Origin: Mycolicibacterium smegmatis
Lineage (GTDB): Bacteria > Actinomycetota > Actinomycetes > Mycobacteriales > Mycobacteriaceae
Reading direction: 5' to 3'
Length of the DNA: 32,000 nt
Assembly: GCF_001457595.1 (NCBI RefSeq)
Contig: NZ_LN831039.1
Span: forward strand, 150,001-182,000
In this document: positions 8,229-17,601 of the stretch, piece after piece
Numbering within the stretch: position 1 is the stretch's first letter
Layout of the letters: each line of letters opens with the position of its first letter
Program-made: the position numbers and the translations under genes
Notes under the pieces: generated by a model
What the model saw: the letters and a program-made list of their open reading frames with translations, nothing else
Database searches by the model: none
What the model was told of the DNA's origin: nothing

Positions 8229-9236
8229 ATGGCGATACCCGCTCTTCGCCGTACCCGCCTCGTCCTGGCCGCTGCTGCTGCCGCCGGCCTGGTGCTCAGT
8301 GGCTGTGGCGGCGTACAGAACACGACCGGCGGCGGATCCGGCGGCACCTATCCGTCCGGCACCGTCGAGATGTACGTCGGGGCTTCGGCAGGCGGCTCCA
8401 GTGACCTGATCAGTCGCGCGGTGTCCAAAGGGCTCAGCGACTCGCTGGGCGCGTCATTCCCGGTGATCAATCGCGAAGGCGCCAACGGCGCCCTCGCGGC
8501 CGCCGAGGTCTCCAAGGCCAAGCCCGACGGCTCGGTGATCGCCATCCAGAACGCGTCGCTGTTCACCATCACACCACTCGCCGTGTCACCCGGCGAGGTC
8601 ACCGACATCGACGATTTCGACGTCGTCTACGGCGTCTCGCGCGACGACTACGTGCTGGTCACCAACCCGGCGAGCGGCTACAAGACCATAGGAGACCTCG
8701 AGGCCGCGACCAAGCCCGTGCGCTACGGCACCACCGGCGTCGGCACGGGCGCGCAACTGGCCGCCGCGCTGCTGTTCAAGTCGGCCGACGTGCCGTCGCA
8801 GGCCGTACCGTTCGACGGCGGTGCGCCCGCCCTCACGGCACTGCTGGGCAACCAGATCGACGTCGCGGTCCTGCAGGTGGGCGAGGCCATCGAGAACATC
8901 CAGTCCGACAAGCTGATCCCGCTCTCGGTGTTCGGCCCGGAGCGCATCGACTACCTGCCCGAGGTGCCCACCGCCAAGGAACAGGGACTCGACGTCGAGG
9001 TCACGCAGTACCGCTTCATGACGGTGCCCAAGGGCACCCCGCAAGAGGTCCGTGACCGCATCGTCGAAGGCCTGGAGGCCACCTTCGCCACCGACGCGTA
9101 CAAGAAGTTCAACGAGCAGAACAGCCTGACGCCCATGGAGCAACCCGGCCCCGAGGTCCTCGAGCAACTCAAGGCGGACAGCAAGCGATATGCCGACCTC
9201 ACCAAGGAGTTCGGCATCGACCTGCGAGCCAGCTGA
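8229..9236 (+). CDS. Tripartite tricarboxylate transporter-type substrate-binding lipoprotein (TctC family)
   Basis: 335 aa from ATG 8229 with SD AGGAG; lipobox LSGC; VEMYVGASAGGSSDLISRAVSKGL...PVINREGANG; followed by TctB and TctA. Track start at 8148 is likely too far upstream. Confidence 0.88.
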   Translation: MAIPALRRTRLVLAAAAAAGLVLSGCGGVQNTTGGGSGGTYPSGTVEMYVGASAGGSSDLISRAVSKGLSDSLGASFPVINREGANGALAAAEVSKAKPDGSVIAIQNASLFTITPLAVSPGEVTDIDDFDVVYGVSRDDYVLVTNPASGYKTIGDLEAATKPVRYGTTGVGTGAQLAAALLFKSADVPSQAVPFDGGAPALTALLGNQIDVAVLQVGEAIENIQSDKLIPLSVFGPERIDYLPEVPTAKEQGLDVEVTQYRFMTVPKGTPQEVRDRIVEGLEATFATDAYKKFNEQNSLTPMEQPGPEVLEQLKADSKRYADLTKEFGIDLRAS

Positions 9237-9742
9237 TGAGCGACACGCTGGCTGCCGTGACCGCGCCTCAGGAGGCGCCCGAGGAGCAGCAGCCGCCGGC
9301 AGGCGGACCGTGGTATCAGACGGTCGCCGCGGTCGTCGGGATCGCCCTCGGCGCCGGTGCGGCGGTGCTGGCCCACGGCTACGGGCTCGGGACCCTGCAC
9401 CAACCCGGACCCGGCCTGTGGCCCTTCGTCGTCGGCATCGTCATCACGGTGCTCTCGGCGCTGCTGCTCCTGCTGGGCCGCAAGCTCACCGACACCGAGG
9501 CGTTCACCCGCAGCAGCGTGCTCGCGGCCGCCGGCGCGGTGACGTTCGTGGGTTTCGGACTGCTGATGCCCCTGATCGGGTTCGAGATCCCCGCGCTGGT
9601 GCTGTGCGTGATCTGGTTGCGGTTCCTCGGTGGCGAAAGCTGGCGCAGCACAGCGATCGTCAGCGTGGTCACCACCGCGGTGTTCTACTTCCTGTTCCTC
9701 TACGGGCTGCGGATCCCGCTGCCACACCTGATCAGTTTCTAG
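9236..9742 (+). CDS. Tripartite tricarboxylate transporter TctB family small membrane subunit
   Basis: 168 aa, 4 predicted TM segments, located between TctC-like and TctA-like genes. Confidence 0.82.
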   Translation: MSDTLAAVTAPQEAPEEQQPPAGGPWYQTVAAVVGIALGAGAAVLAHGYGLGTLHQPGPGLWPFVVGIVITVLSALLLLLGRKLTDTEAFTRSSVLAAAGAVTFVGFGLLMPLIGFEIPALVLCVIWLRFLGGESWRSTAIVSVVTTAVFYFLFLYGLRIPLPHLISF

Positions 9743-9760
9743 GGCACCTGCCCGAGACCC

Positions 9761-11287
9761 ATGGACCTCAACGCATTCCTGGACGGGTTCGCACTGGTCG
9801 TCGAACCCCAGAACCTGCTGTACTGCCTCGTCGGTGTGCTCATCGGCATGGTGATCGGCGTACTGCCGGGCCTCGGCCCGGCAGCCACCATCGCGATCCT
9901 GCTGCCCATCACCTACACCATCGACCCCGTATCGGCGATCATCATGCTCGCGGGCATCTACTACGGGGCCCAGTACGGCGGCACCATCACGTCGGTGCTG
10001 CTGCGACTGCCCGGTGAGGCGTCGTCGGTGGTGACGGTGTTCGACGGTTTCGCGCTCGCCAAGCAGGGCAGGGCCGGAACCGCGCTCGGTGTCGCGGCCA
10101 TCGGATCCTTTGTGGGGGCGACGATCTCGATCGTCGGTCTGTCGCTGCTGGCGCCTGTGGTCGCCGAGGTGGCGCTCGATTTCGGCCCCCCGGAGTACGC
10201 CGCGCTGGCGCTGCTGGGGGTGCTGCTGGTGGCCACCATCGGCAACGGCAACATGCTCAAGTCGCTGATCGCGGCGGCCGTGGGCCTGCTGCTGGCGACG
10301 GTCGGGCGCGACAGTTTCAGCGGCGCATCGCGTTTCACCTTCGAGAGCCTGCAACTGGCCGACGGCATCGACTTCGTCGTGGTGGCCATGGGCCTGTTCG
10401 GCGTCGGTGAGATTCTCTACAACCTCGAACAGCGCCACGGAAAACCGCACGTACCGGCCAAGGTCGGCAACGCGTGGCCGTCGCGCAAAGACCTGCGCCA
10501 GTCGTCGGGCGCCATCGGGCGCGGATCGGTGATCGGGTTCGTGCTCGGCGTGCTCCCCGGCGGTGGTGCCGTGCTGGCCTCGCTGGTCGCCTACGCGACC
10601 GAGAAGAAGCGGTCGAAGCATCCCGAACGATTCGGCAAGGGCGCGGTGGAAGGCGTCGCGGCACCCGAGACCGCCAACAACGCCGCGGCGACATCGTCGT
10701 TCATCCCGTTGCTCACCATCGGTATCCCTGCCAACGCGTCGATGGCCATGCTGTTCGGAGCGCTGCTGATCCTGGGCATCTCGCCCGGTCCCCAGCTGGT
10801 CGGGGAGCACCCGGACCTGTTCTGGGGCGTCATCAACTCGATGTACATCGGCAACCTGGCGCTGCTGATCCTGAGCATCCCGCTCGTCGGGTTGTTCGTG
10901 CGGATCCTGCGCGTGCGGCCCGCGATCCTCGCGCCGATCACGGCGCTCATCACGCTGCTGGGCGTCTACACGATCAACAACTCGGTGTTCGACATCTTCG
11001 TGATGATCGCGTTCGGTGTCGTGGGCTACCTGATGAAGAAGACCGGATTCGATCCGGGTCCGCTGGTGCTGGCGTTCGTGCTCGGTTCGCTCGTCGAGTC
11101 CAACGTGCGCCGGTCGCTGCTCATCTTCGGCGGTGACCCGACGGGATTCGTCACACGGCCGTTGTCCGGGACGATCCTGGCGATACTCGTTGCGGTGGTG
11201 GCGATCCCGGTGATCCGTCAGCTGCTGCGCTCCCGCGCGAAATCACCTGTCACCGGCGAGACGCCGTCGAGTGTTACCAAGGTGTAG
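9761..11287 (+). CDS. Tripartite tricarboxylate transporter permease, TctA family
   Basis: 508 aa; GVLIGMVIGVLPGLGPAATIAILLPITYTIDPVSAIIMLAGIYYGAQYGGTITSVLLRLPGE is a strong TctA signature. Confidence 0.95.
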   Translation: MDLNAFLDGFALVVEPQNLLYCLVGVLIGMVIGVLPGLGPAATIAILLPITYTIDPVSAIIMLAGIYYGAQYGGTITSVLLRLPGEASSVVTVFDGFALAKQGRAGTALGVAAIGSFVGATISIVGLSLLAPVVAEVALDFGPPEYAALALLGVLLVATIGNGNMLKSLIAAAVGLLLATVGRDSFSGASRFTFESLQLADGIDFVVVAMGLFGVGEILYNLEQRHGKPHVPAKVGNAWPSRKDLRQSSGAIGRGSVIGFVLGVLPGGGAVLASLVAYATEKKRSKHPERFGKGAVEGVAAPETANNAAATSSFIPLLTIGIPANASMAMLFGALLILGISPGPQLVGEHPDLFWGVINSMYIGNLALLILSIPLVGLFVRILRVRPAILAPITALITLLGVYTINNSVFDIFVMIAFGVVGYLMKKTGFDPGPLVLAFVLGSLVESNVRRSLLIFGGDPTGFVTRPLSGTILAILVAVVAIPVIRQLLRSRAKSPVTGETPSSVTKV

Positions 11288-11926
11288 GCGCATGGCGGCC
11301 CGCGCCAGATCCGGGTCCCCTGCGGCCACCGCGGCCGCCACCTGATCGTGCTCACGGCGGACCCGCTCGGCGTGCGCGGCGTCGGTGATCGAATGCGCGT
11401 CGCCCAGGCGCGTGCGCGGCAGCATGATCATCATGGGACCCAGCGAGTTCAACAGGTCGAGGTAGAACCGGTTCCCGCTGACCTCGGCAATCGTGCGGTG
11501 GAATCGGAAGTCGGCCTCGACGGCGTCCTCCGGTGCGGCGCCGACGAATTCGTCGAGCGCGGTACGGACCGCGTCGCGGCCGCGGGCATCGATGCGCGCG
11601 GCGGCCAGTGCGGCCGCCTCGCATTCCACACCGAGGCGGAAGTCCACCATGTCGAGCACGTCGCGTTGGGTCCGGATGGCCGCGGACTCGATGGTGAACG
11701 CGGTGGGTTCGGGCACCGCGAGTACGAAAGACCCTCGGCCCTGGAAGGTTTCGATGAGACCCTCGGCACGCAGGCGTGTGACGGCCTCACGCACCACGGT
11801 GCGCGACACCCCGAACTCGTCGATGAGCTCGGCCTCGGACGGCAGTTTGTGGCCGGGCGGCAGGTCGCCGGCGAAGATCTTGTCCTTCAGCCCGGCGACC
11901 ACCCGCTGCGCCAGCGATGTGCTCAC
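11243..11926 (-). CDS. GntR family regulator, FCD (FadR) subfamily
   Basis: 227 aa; HTH LPPGHKLPSEAELIDEFGVSRTVVREAVTRLRAEGLIETFQGRGSFVL plus C-terminal FCD domain. Confidence 0.92.
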   Translation of the reverse strand: MSTSLAQRVVAGLKDKIFAGDLPPGHKLPSEAELIDEFGVSRTVVREAVTRLRAEGLIETFQGRGSFVLAVPEPTAFTIESAAIRTQRDVLDMVDFRLGVECEAAALAAARIDARGRDAVRTALDEFVGAAPEDAVEADFRFHRTIAEVSGNRFYLDLLNSLGPMMIMLPRTRLGDAHSITDAAHAERVRREHDQVAAAVAAGDPDLARAAMRLHLGNTRRRLAGDR

Positions 11927-13041
11927 GCCTGGAATTCTGCCTGCTCCCGGGTCAGCGCCCGCATCTGATCACTCAGCGTGAAACCCAGGCCCGGGCGGTC
12001 GGGCAGCCACATGCGGCCGTCGCGGATCTCGATGCGCTCGTTGAACAGTGGGTTGAGCCACTCGAAGTGCTCGACCCACGGCTCGGTCGGATAGGTGGCC
12101 GCGAGATGCAGGTGGATCTCCATTGCGTAGTGGGGTGCGAGCGCCAGACCGGCGTGCGACGCCAGTGTCGCGAACCGCAAGAACGGTGTGATGCCGCCGA
12201 TGCGCGGGGCATCCGGCTGCACGATGCCGCGGTATCCGGCGTCGATCAGTGCCATGTGCTCGGGGACCGACGTGAGCATCTCACCCGTGGCGATCGGGGT
12301 GTCGAACGTGTGGCTGAGATCGGCGTGGCCCACGGCGTCCCACGCGTCGAGGGGTTCCTCGATCCACACCAGGTCGAACTGCTCCAGCTCGCGACACATC
12401 CGCCGCGCCCTCGCGCGGTCCCACTGCTGGTTGGCGTCCACCATCAACGGGGTGCCCCCGAGATGCGCGCGCATGGCGGCCACGCGTTTGAGATCCTCGG
12501 CCCAGTCGGGCTGGCCCACCTTGATCTTGACGCCGCCTATGCCGGATTCCAGCGACGCCGTTGCAGCGTCCTTGACCTCGTCGAGCGAGGCCTGCAGGAA
12601 ACCCCCGGATGTGTTGTACACGCGGCACGAATCCCGGTGTGCCCCGATCAGTTTCGCCAGGGGCAGGCCCGCACGCCTGGCCTTGAGATCCCACAACGCG
12701 ACGTCGAGTGCCGCGATGGCCTGCGTGGCCACCCCGGACCGTCCCACCGAGGCGCCCGCCCACAGCAGCGACTGGTAGATGCGGTCGATGTCGGAGGGGT
12801 CCTGACCGAGCGCGACCTCGGCGATCTCGTGCAGGTGGGTGTACTGGGCGGGACCGCCCGCGCGCTTGGAGTAGCTGAACCCCATGCCCTGCAGGCCGTC
12901 GGAGGTGCTCACCTCGACGAACAGCAGCACCGTCTCGGTCAGCGGCTTCTGCCTGCCGGTGAGCACCTTGGCGTCGCTGACCGGATTGGGTAACGGGAGG
13001 ACGACGTGGGAGAGGGCGAGGCGGCAGATGCGGTCAGTCAT
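11923..13041 (-). CDS. Mandelate racemase/muconate lactonizing enzyme family protein, likely sugar-acid (L-talarate/galactarate-type) dehydratase
   Basis: 372 aa enolase superfamily; NTSGGFL, GVKIKVGQ (KxK), MVDANQQW, WIEEPLDAWD, ATGEML, APHYAMEIHLHLAA. Substrate assignment is inference. Confidence 0.8.
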   Translation of the reverse strand: MTDRICRLALSHVVLPLPNPVSDAKVLTGRQKPLTETVLLFVEVSTSDGLQGMGFSYSKRAGGPAQYTHLHEIAEVALGQDPSDIDRIYQSLLWAGASVGRSGVATQAIAALDVALWDLKARRAGLPLAKLIGAHRDSCRVYNTSGGFLQASLDEVKDAATASLESGIGGVKIKVGQPDWAEDLKRVAAMRAHLGGTPLMVDANQQWDRARARRMCRELEQFDLVWIEEPLDAWDAVGHADLSHTFDTPIATGEMLTSVPEHMALIDAGYRGIVQPDAPRIGGITPFLRFATLASHAGLALAPHYAMEIHLHLAATYPTEPWVEHFEWLNPLFNERIEIRDGRMWLPDRPGLGFTLSDQMRALTREQAEFQA

Positions 13042-13066
13042 ATGACAAGGCTACAACTTGTCATAT
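13040..13066. promoter_or_regulatory. Perfect palindrome ATATGACAAG-N7-CTTGTCATAT, putative GntR operator
   Basis: 10-bp perfect arms (13040-13049, 13057-13066) with 7-nt spacer; overlaps the start codon (13041) and a candidate -10 (TAGCCT on the minus strand) of the racemase-family gene. Confidence 0.65.
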
Positions 13067-13080
13067 AAGTGGGACAGGTT

Positions 13081-14172
13081 TCAGGCGAAGTCGATCACCT
13101 GACGCACCGCACGGCCCTCGGCCAGTTCGTCCATGCCCGCGTTGATGTCGTCGAGCGCGATGGTCGACGACACGAGCGACTCCACCGGCAGGCGCCCGGC
13201 GCGCCACAACTCGACGAAACGCGGGATGTCGCGCGACGGCACCGCCGAACCGAGGTAACTGCCGATCAGAGACCGTCCTTCGGCGACGAAACCCAACGGC
13301 GACACCGTGATCCGCGCGTCGGGGCGCGGCAGGCCCACCGTGATGGTCCGTCCGCCAGGACCGGTCAAACCGATCGCGGTCTCCAGCGCGGCCGGATGTC
13401 CCGCGGCCTCGATCACCACCTCGGCCCGCAGATCCGCGGCCTGCTCGGGGGTGAAGGTCTCGTGCACGCCGAGTTCGGCTGCGCGGGCCAGCTTGTCGGA
13501 CAACTGGTCGACACCGACCACCCGCACGTCGTCGTGCGCGAGCGCGGTGAGCGCAGCGGCCATCCCCACCCCGCCGAGACCGACGACCACGACGGTCTGT
13601 CCCGGCTTCGGCCGGCCGACGTTGAGCACGGCCCCGCCGCCCGTGAGCACCGCGCAACCCAACAGCGCGGCGACCGTCGCGGGCACGTCGTCGGGTACCG
13701 GGACGATCGAGCGGCGGTCCACCACGGCGTGCGTCGCGAACCCGGACACACCGAGGTGGTGGAACACGGGTTCGCCGTCGCGACGCAGCCGGATGTCACC
13801 GTTCATCAGCGTGCCCGCGCCGTTGGCGACCGATCCCGGCCCGCAGGGGGTCAGCCCGTCGGTCCCGCAGGCCGGGCAGGATCCGCAGCGCGGCAGGAAC
13901 GTCATCACCACGCGCTGACCGGTTTCGAGATCCGCGCCCGGCGTCTCGACCACACCCGCGGCCTCGTGCCCCAGCAGCATCGGCACCGGACGCACCCGGT
14001 TGCCGTCGACGACCGACAGATCCGAGTGGCACAGCCCGGCGGACTCGATGCGCACCAGCAGTTCATCCGGACCCGGATCGGCGAGGTCGAGTTCGGAGAT
14101 GGTCAGTGGCCGGGATTCGGCGTAGGGACGGGGTGCACCGATGCGTTCGAGGACGGCTCCGCGGATCTTCAT
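13081..14172 (-). CDS. adhE1: Zinc-dependent medium-chain alcohol dehydrogenase, AdhE1-like
   Basis: 363 aa MDR; SAGLCHSDLSVVDG, LLGHEAAGVVE, structural Zn CGSCPACGTDGLTPC, VVVVGLGGVGMAA. Position before thioesterase/TB18.5/mce1R matches Rv0162c in M. tuberculosis. Confidence 0.87.
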   Translation of the reverse strand: MKIRGAVLERIGAPRPYAESRPLTISELDLADPGPDELLVRIESAGLCHSDLSVVDGNRVRPVPMLLGHEAAGVVETPGADLETGQRVVMTFLPRCGSCPACGTDGLTPCGPGSVANGAGTLMNGDIRLRRDGEPVFHHLGVSGFATHAVVDRRSIVPVPDDVPATVAALLGCAVLTGGGAVLNVGRPKPGQTVVVVGLGGVGMAAALTALAHDDVRVVGVDQLSDKLARAAELGVHETFTPEQAADLRAEVVIEAAGHPAALETAIGLTGPGGRTITVGLPRPDARITVSPLGFVAEGRSLIGSYLGSAVPSRDIPRFVELWRAGRLPVESLVSSTIALDDINAGMDELAEGRAVRQVIDFA

Positions 14173-14207
14173 GGGAACCAGCCTGCCTCGACTGCAAGAC
14201 TTCAGCC

Positions 14208-14657
14208 ATGACCCGTCGCGACGAGCCCACGCCCACCGGCCGAGAATTTCCCGTGCACTGGCCCGTGGGCACGCGGTGGACCGACAACGACATGTTCGGC
14301 CACCTCAACAACGCGGTCTACTACGAGCTGTTCGACACCGCGATCAACGCGTGGATCCAGACGAGCTGCGACGTCGACCCGGTCACCGCGCCGTGGCTCG
14401 GCGTCGTCGCCGAATCGGGCTGCCGCTATTTCACCGAGCTGAAGTTCCCCGGCAGGCTCGTCGTGGGCCTTGCGGTGAGCCGGCTGGGCACCAGCAGCGT
14501 GACCTATCGACTCGCGCTGTTCGCAGAAGACGCGGCAGACGAGCCGGTCGCGGCCGTCGGGCACTGGGTGCACGTGTACGTCGACCGGCACACCCGTCGC
14601 CCGGTCCCGATCCCGGACGCCATCCGTGACCTGCTGGCTTCGGCCGCCGGTCGATAG
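14208..14657 (+). CDS. Acyl-CoA thioesterase (hotdog fold, YbgC/FcbC-like), Rv0163-like
   Basis: 149 aa from ATG 14208: VGTRWTDNDMFGHLNNAVYYELFDTAINAWI, typical 4HBT active-site motif. Confidence 0.82.
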   Translation: MTRRDEPTPTGREFPVHWPVGTRWTDNDMFGHLNNAVYYELFDTAINAWIQTSCDVDPVTAPWLGVVAESGCRYFTELKFPGRLVVGLAVSRLGTSSVTYRLALFAEDAADEPVAAVGHWVHVYVDRHTRRPVPIPDAIRDLLASAAGR

Positions 14658-14674
14658 CTCGATATGCTCGGCGA

Positions 14675-15118
14675 ATGCCGCTTGTGAGCAAGACTGTCGA
14701 GGTCGCCGCCTCCGCCGAGACGATCACGTCGATCGTCTCGGACTTCGAGGCGTACCCGCAATGGAACCCCGAGATCAAGGGGTGCTGGATCCTCGCCCGG
14801 TACAACGACGGCAGGCCCAGTCAGTTGCGGCTCGACGTCGAGATCCAGGGACAGTCGGGCGTGTTCATCACGGCCGTGTACTACCCGGCCGAGAACCAGA
14901 TCTTCACGATGCTGCAGCAGGGCGATCATTTCACCAAGCAGGAGCAGCGGTTCTCGATCGTGCCGCTCGGACCGGACTCGACGCTGCTGCAGGTGGACCT
15001 CGACGTCGAGGTGAAGCTGCCGGTGCCCGGACCGATGGTCAAGAAGCTCGCGGGTGAGACCCTCGAGCACCTCGCGAAGGCCCTCGAGGGCCGCGTCGAG
15101 CAGCTCACCCAGAGCTGA
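14675..15118 (+). CDS. SRPBCC family protein (TB18.5/Rv0164-like)
   Basis: 147 aa; START/polyketide-cyclase-like VEVAASAETITSIVSDFEAYPQWNPEIKG; syntenic position. Confidence 0.82.
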   Translation: MPLVSKTVEVAASAETITSIVSDFEAYPQWNPEIKGCWILARYNDGRPSQLRLDVEIQGQSGVFITAVYYPAENQIFTMLQQGDHFTKQEQRFSIVPLGPDSTLLQVDLDVEVKLPVPGPMVKKLAGETLEHLAKALEGRVEQLTQS

Positions 15119-15124
15119 TCTGAA

Positions 15125-15910
15125 CTAGTCCCACATCCCGATCTCTTCGAGGCGCGCGATCAGTCGCCGCGCGCCGTCGGTGAACTGTGCGCCGTTGAGT
15201 TGTACGACGCGCCGCGCGTCGCGGCGCCGCAACGCCTCGATGAGCAACCGGTGGCCGGCCACGGCCTGCTGCCCCCAGCCGGGGTCTGTCGAGTAGATCA
15301 GGGCGGGCAGATACCGCGCGACGTGCAGCAGAAACCACGCCAGCTTGATGCGCCCGCTGGCATGGTTGAACGCACGGTGGAACGCGAACTCGATTGTCGA
15401 GATCTCGTCGGGGTCGCCGCGCCCGACGGCGATTTCGAGTTCGTCGTTGAGGCGTTCGAGTTCGTCGATCTGGTGGTCGGTGATCCGGGTGACGGTCGTG
15501 GCGGCGAGTTCGCGGGCGATGGTCGCCTGCAGCCAGAAGATGTCCTCGACGTCGGTGCGGCTCATCGGCACGACGACGTGGCCGCGGTGGGGTTCGAGCT
15601 GCACCATCCCCTCGCCGCGCAGGGTCCGCAGCGCCTCGCGCACCGGGGTGATGCTGACGCCCAGCGCGGCCGCGGTCTCGTCGAGCCTGATGAACGTGCC
15701 CGGACGCAGTGCCCCGGTCATGATCTCGGCCCGCAGGTGGGCCGCCACCTCGTCGGAGAGTTGTTCGCGACGCACTCCGCGGCGCGGTTGCGCGCCGGTC
15801 CTGACGGGCGTGTTCACGTGGTCTCCGGTGGTATCTCGGGTGGGCTGATCGGGGTTGTCCCGATCGCTTCGAGGCCATAATGTGACCGGGGCAACCCAAT
15901 GTTTGATCAA
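15125..15910 (-). CDS. mce1R: GntR/FadR-family regulator, Mce1R-like
   Basis: HTH LRPGTFIRLDETAAALGVSITPVREALRTLRGEGMVQLEPHRGHVVVPMS plus FCD domain; divergent from fadD5/mce1. True start may be internal (for example GTG at 15817). Confidence 0.85.
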   Translation of the reverse strand: MIKHWVAPVTLWPRSDRDNPDQPTRDTTGDHVNTPVRTGAQPRRGVRREQLSDEVAAHLRAEIMTGALRPGTFIRLDETAAALGVSITPVREALRTLRGEGMVQLEPHRGHVVVPMSRTDVEDIFWLQATIARELAATTVTRITDHQIDELERLNDELEIAVGRGDPDEISTIEFAFHRAFNHASGRIKLAWFLLHVARYLPALIYSTDPGWGQQAVAGHRLLIEALRRRDARRVVQLNGAQFTDGARRLIARLEEIGMWD

Positions 15911-15943
15911 ATATCAACGTCGCGCAACTGCGAGACCAGTTGC
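15902..15943. promoter_or_regulatory. mce1R-fadD5 intergenic operator candidates
   Basis: TTTGATCAAA (15902-15911) perfect 10-bp palindrome and GCAACTG-CGAGAC-CAGTTGC (15924-15943) perfect 7-bp inverted repeat. Confidence 0.5.
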
Positions 15944-15966
15944 ACTACACATGGAGTTCAGAGCCG

Positions 15967-17601
15967 TTGACTGCCGAGCCGTCCCAGATTGAGCAGCCGT
16001 ACCTCGCGCGTCGCCAGAACTGGGTCAACCAGCTGACCCGCCACGCGATGATGCAGCCGGACAAGACCGCCCTGCGTTTCCTGGGCCGCACCACCACGTG
16101 GCGCGAACTGGACGATCGCGTGACCCGGTTGGCCGGCGCGTTGAACCGCCGCGGCGTGGGCTTCGGCGACCGTGTTCTGATCCTGATGCTCAACCGCACC
16201 GAGTTCGTCGAGGCCATGCTGGCCGCGAACCGGCTGGGCGCCATCGCGGTTCCGGTGAACTTCCGCATGACCCCGCCCGAGATCGCGTACCTGGTCAGCG
16301 ACTGCGAGGCGCACGTCGTGGTCACCGAGCCCGTGCTGGCGGGGGTGGCCACCGCGGTCCGCGACCTGGACGCGACGCTGCAGACCGTGATCGTGGCAGG
16401 AGGCGCCACCGAGGACGGCGTACTCGGGTACGACGACCTGATCGCCGAGGAGGGCGAACCGCCCGCCCCGGTCGACATCCCCAACGACTCACCGGCACTC
16501 ATCATGTACACGTCGGGCACCACCGGCCGGCCCAAGGGCGCGGTGCTCACCCACACCAACCTGAGCGCGCAGGCGATGATGCACCTGTTCACCACGGGTG
16601 CCGACCTCAACAGCGACGTCGGCTTCGTGGGCGTGCCGCTGTTCCACATCGCAGGTGTCGCGGGCAGTGTGCTCAGCGGCGTGACGCTGGGTGTTCCGAC
16701 CGTACTCTACCCTCTCGGCGCGTTCGACCCCGACGGCCTGCTGGATGTGCTTGAGTCCGAACAGGTCACGGGCATCTTCCTGGTGCCGGCCCAGTGGCAG
16801 GCGGTGTGCGCCGCGCAGCGGGCCCGGCCGCGCAACCTGAAACTGCGTGCGCTGTCGTGGGGTGCGGCGCCCGCGTCGGACACGCTGCTGCGCGAGATGA
16901 ACGAGGCTTTCCCCGACGCGCAGATCTTCGCGGCGTTCGGGCAGACCGAGATGTCGCCGGTCACCTGCATGTTGTTGGGCGACGACGCGATTCGCAAGCT
17001 GGGTTCGGTGGGCCGGGTCATCCCGACCGTCTCGGCCCGCGTGGTCGACGACAACATGAACGACGTGCCGGTCGGCGAGGTCGGCGAGATCGTGTACCGC
17101 GGACCGAATCTGATGACCGGCTACTGGAACAACCCGAAGGCCACCGCGGAGGCGTTCGCAGGCGGCTGGTTCCACTCGGGTGACCTGGTGCGCCAGGACG
17201 AGGAAGGCTACGTCTGGGTGGTCGACCGCAAGAAGGACATGATCATCTCGGGCGGCGAGAACATCTACTGCGCCGAGGTCGAGAACGTCCTGGCGGCCCA
17301 TCCGGCCATCATGGAGGTCGCGGTGATCGGCAGGCCGCACGAGAAGTGGGGCGAGGTACCTGTCGCGGTCGTGGCTCTCAATTCCGCGACCGCCGAATCG
17401 ATCAGCCTCGGCGAGCTCGACAGCTTCCTCACCGAGCGTCTGGCGCGTTACAAGCACCCCAAGGCGCTCGAGGTCGTCGACGCGTTGCCCCGCAATCCGT
17501 CGGGCAAGGTGCTCAAGACCGAGTTGCGTGAACGCTTCGGCAGGGCAACCTCGCTTGACGGTGGCGAAAGCAACTCTGCAACAACGGTTTCTGCAGGTTG
17601 A
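15967..17601 (+). CDS. fadD5: Fatty-acid-CoA ligase FadD5
   Basis: ANL superfamily: LIMYTSGTTGRPKGAVLTHTN, FGQTEMSPV, GYWNNPKAT, GWFHSGDLV, PRNPSGKVLKTELR. TTG 15967 has SD GGAG (15953-15956); the track start is 15940. Confidence 0.9.
   Translation: MTAEPSQIEQPYLARRQNWVNQLTRHAMMQPDKTALRFLGRTTTWRELDDRVTRLAGALNRRGVGFGDRVLILMLNRTEFVEAMLAANRLGAIAVPVNFRMTPPEIAYLVSDCEAHVVVTEPVLAGVATAVRDLDATLQTVIVAGGATEDGVLGYDDLIAEEGEPPAPVDIPNDSPALIMYTSGTTGRPKGAVLTHTNLSAQAMMHLFTTGADLNSDVGFVGVPLFHIAGVAGSVLSGVTLGVPTVLYPLGAFDPDGLLDVLESEQVTGIFLVPAQWQAVCAAQRARPRNLKLRALSWGAAPASDTLLREMNEAFPDAQIFAAFGQTEMSPVTCMLLGDDAIRKLGSVGRVIPTVSARVVDDNMNDVPVGEVGEIVYRGPNLMTGYWNNPKATAEAFAGGWFHSGDLVRQDEEGYVWVVDRKKDMIISGGENIYCAEVENVLAAHPAIMEVAVIGRPHEKWGEVPVAVVALNSATAESISLGELDSFLTERLARYKHPKALEVVDALPRNPSGKVLKTELRERFGRATSLDGGESNSATTVSAG

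Noticed and set aside
8951-10810. 619-aa minus-strand ORF opposite the Tct genes
   Set aside because: High-GC shadow ORF: extreme Arg/His/Gln/Asp-rich low-complexity translation, fully antisense to three convincing transporter genes.
14173-14207. 35-nt divergent gap between adhE1 and the thioesterase as a special bidirectional promoter
   Set aside because: Short, but no convincing -10 elements or palindromes visible; start codon choice may simply be off.
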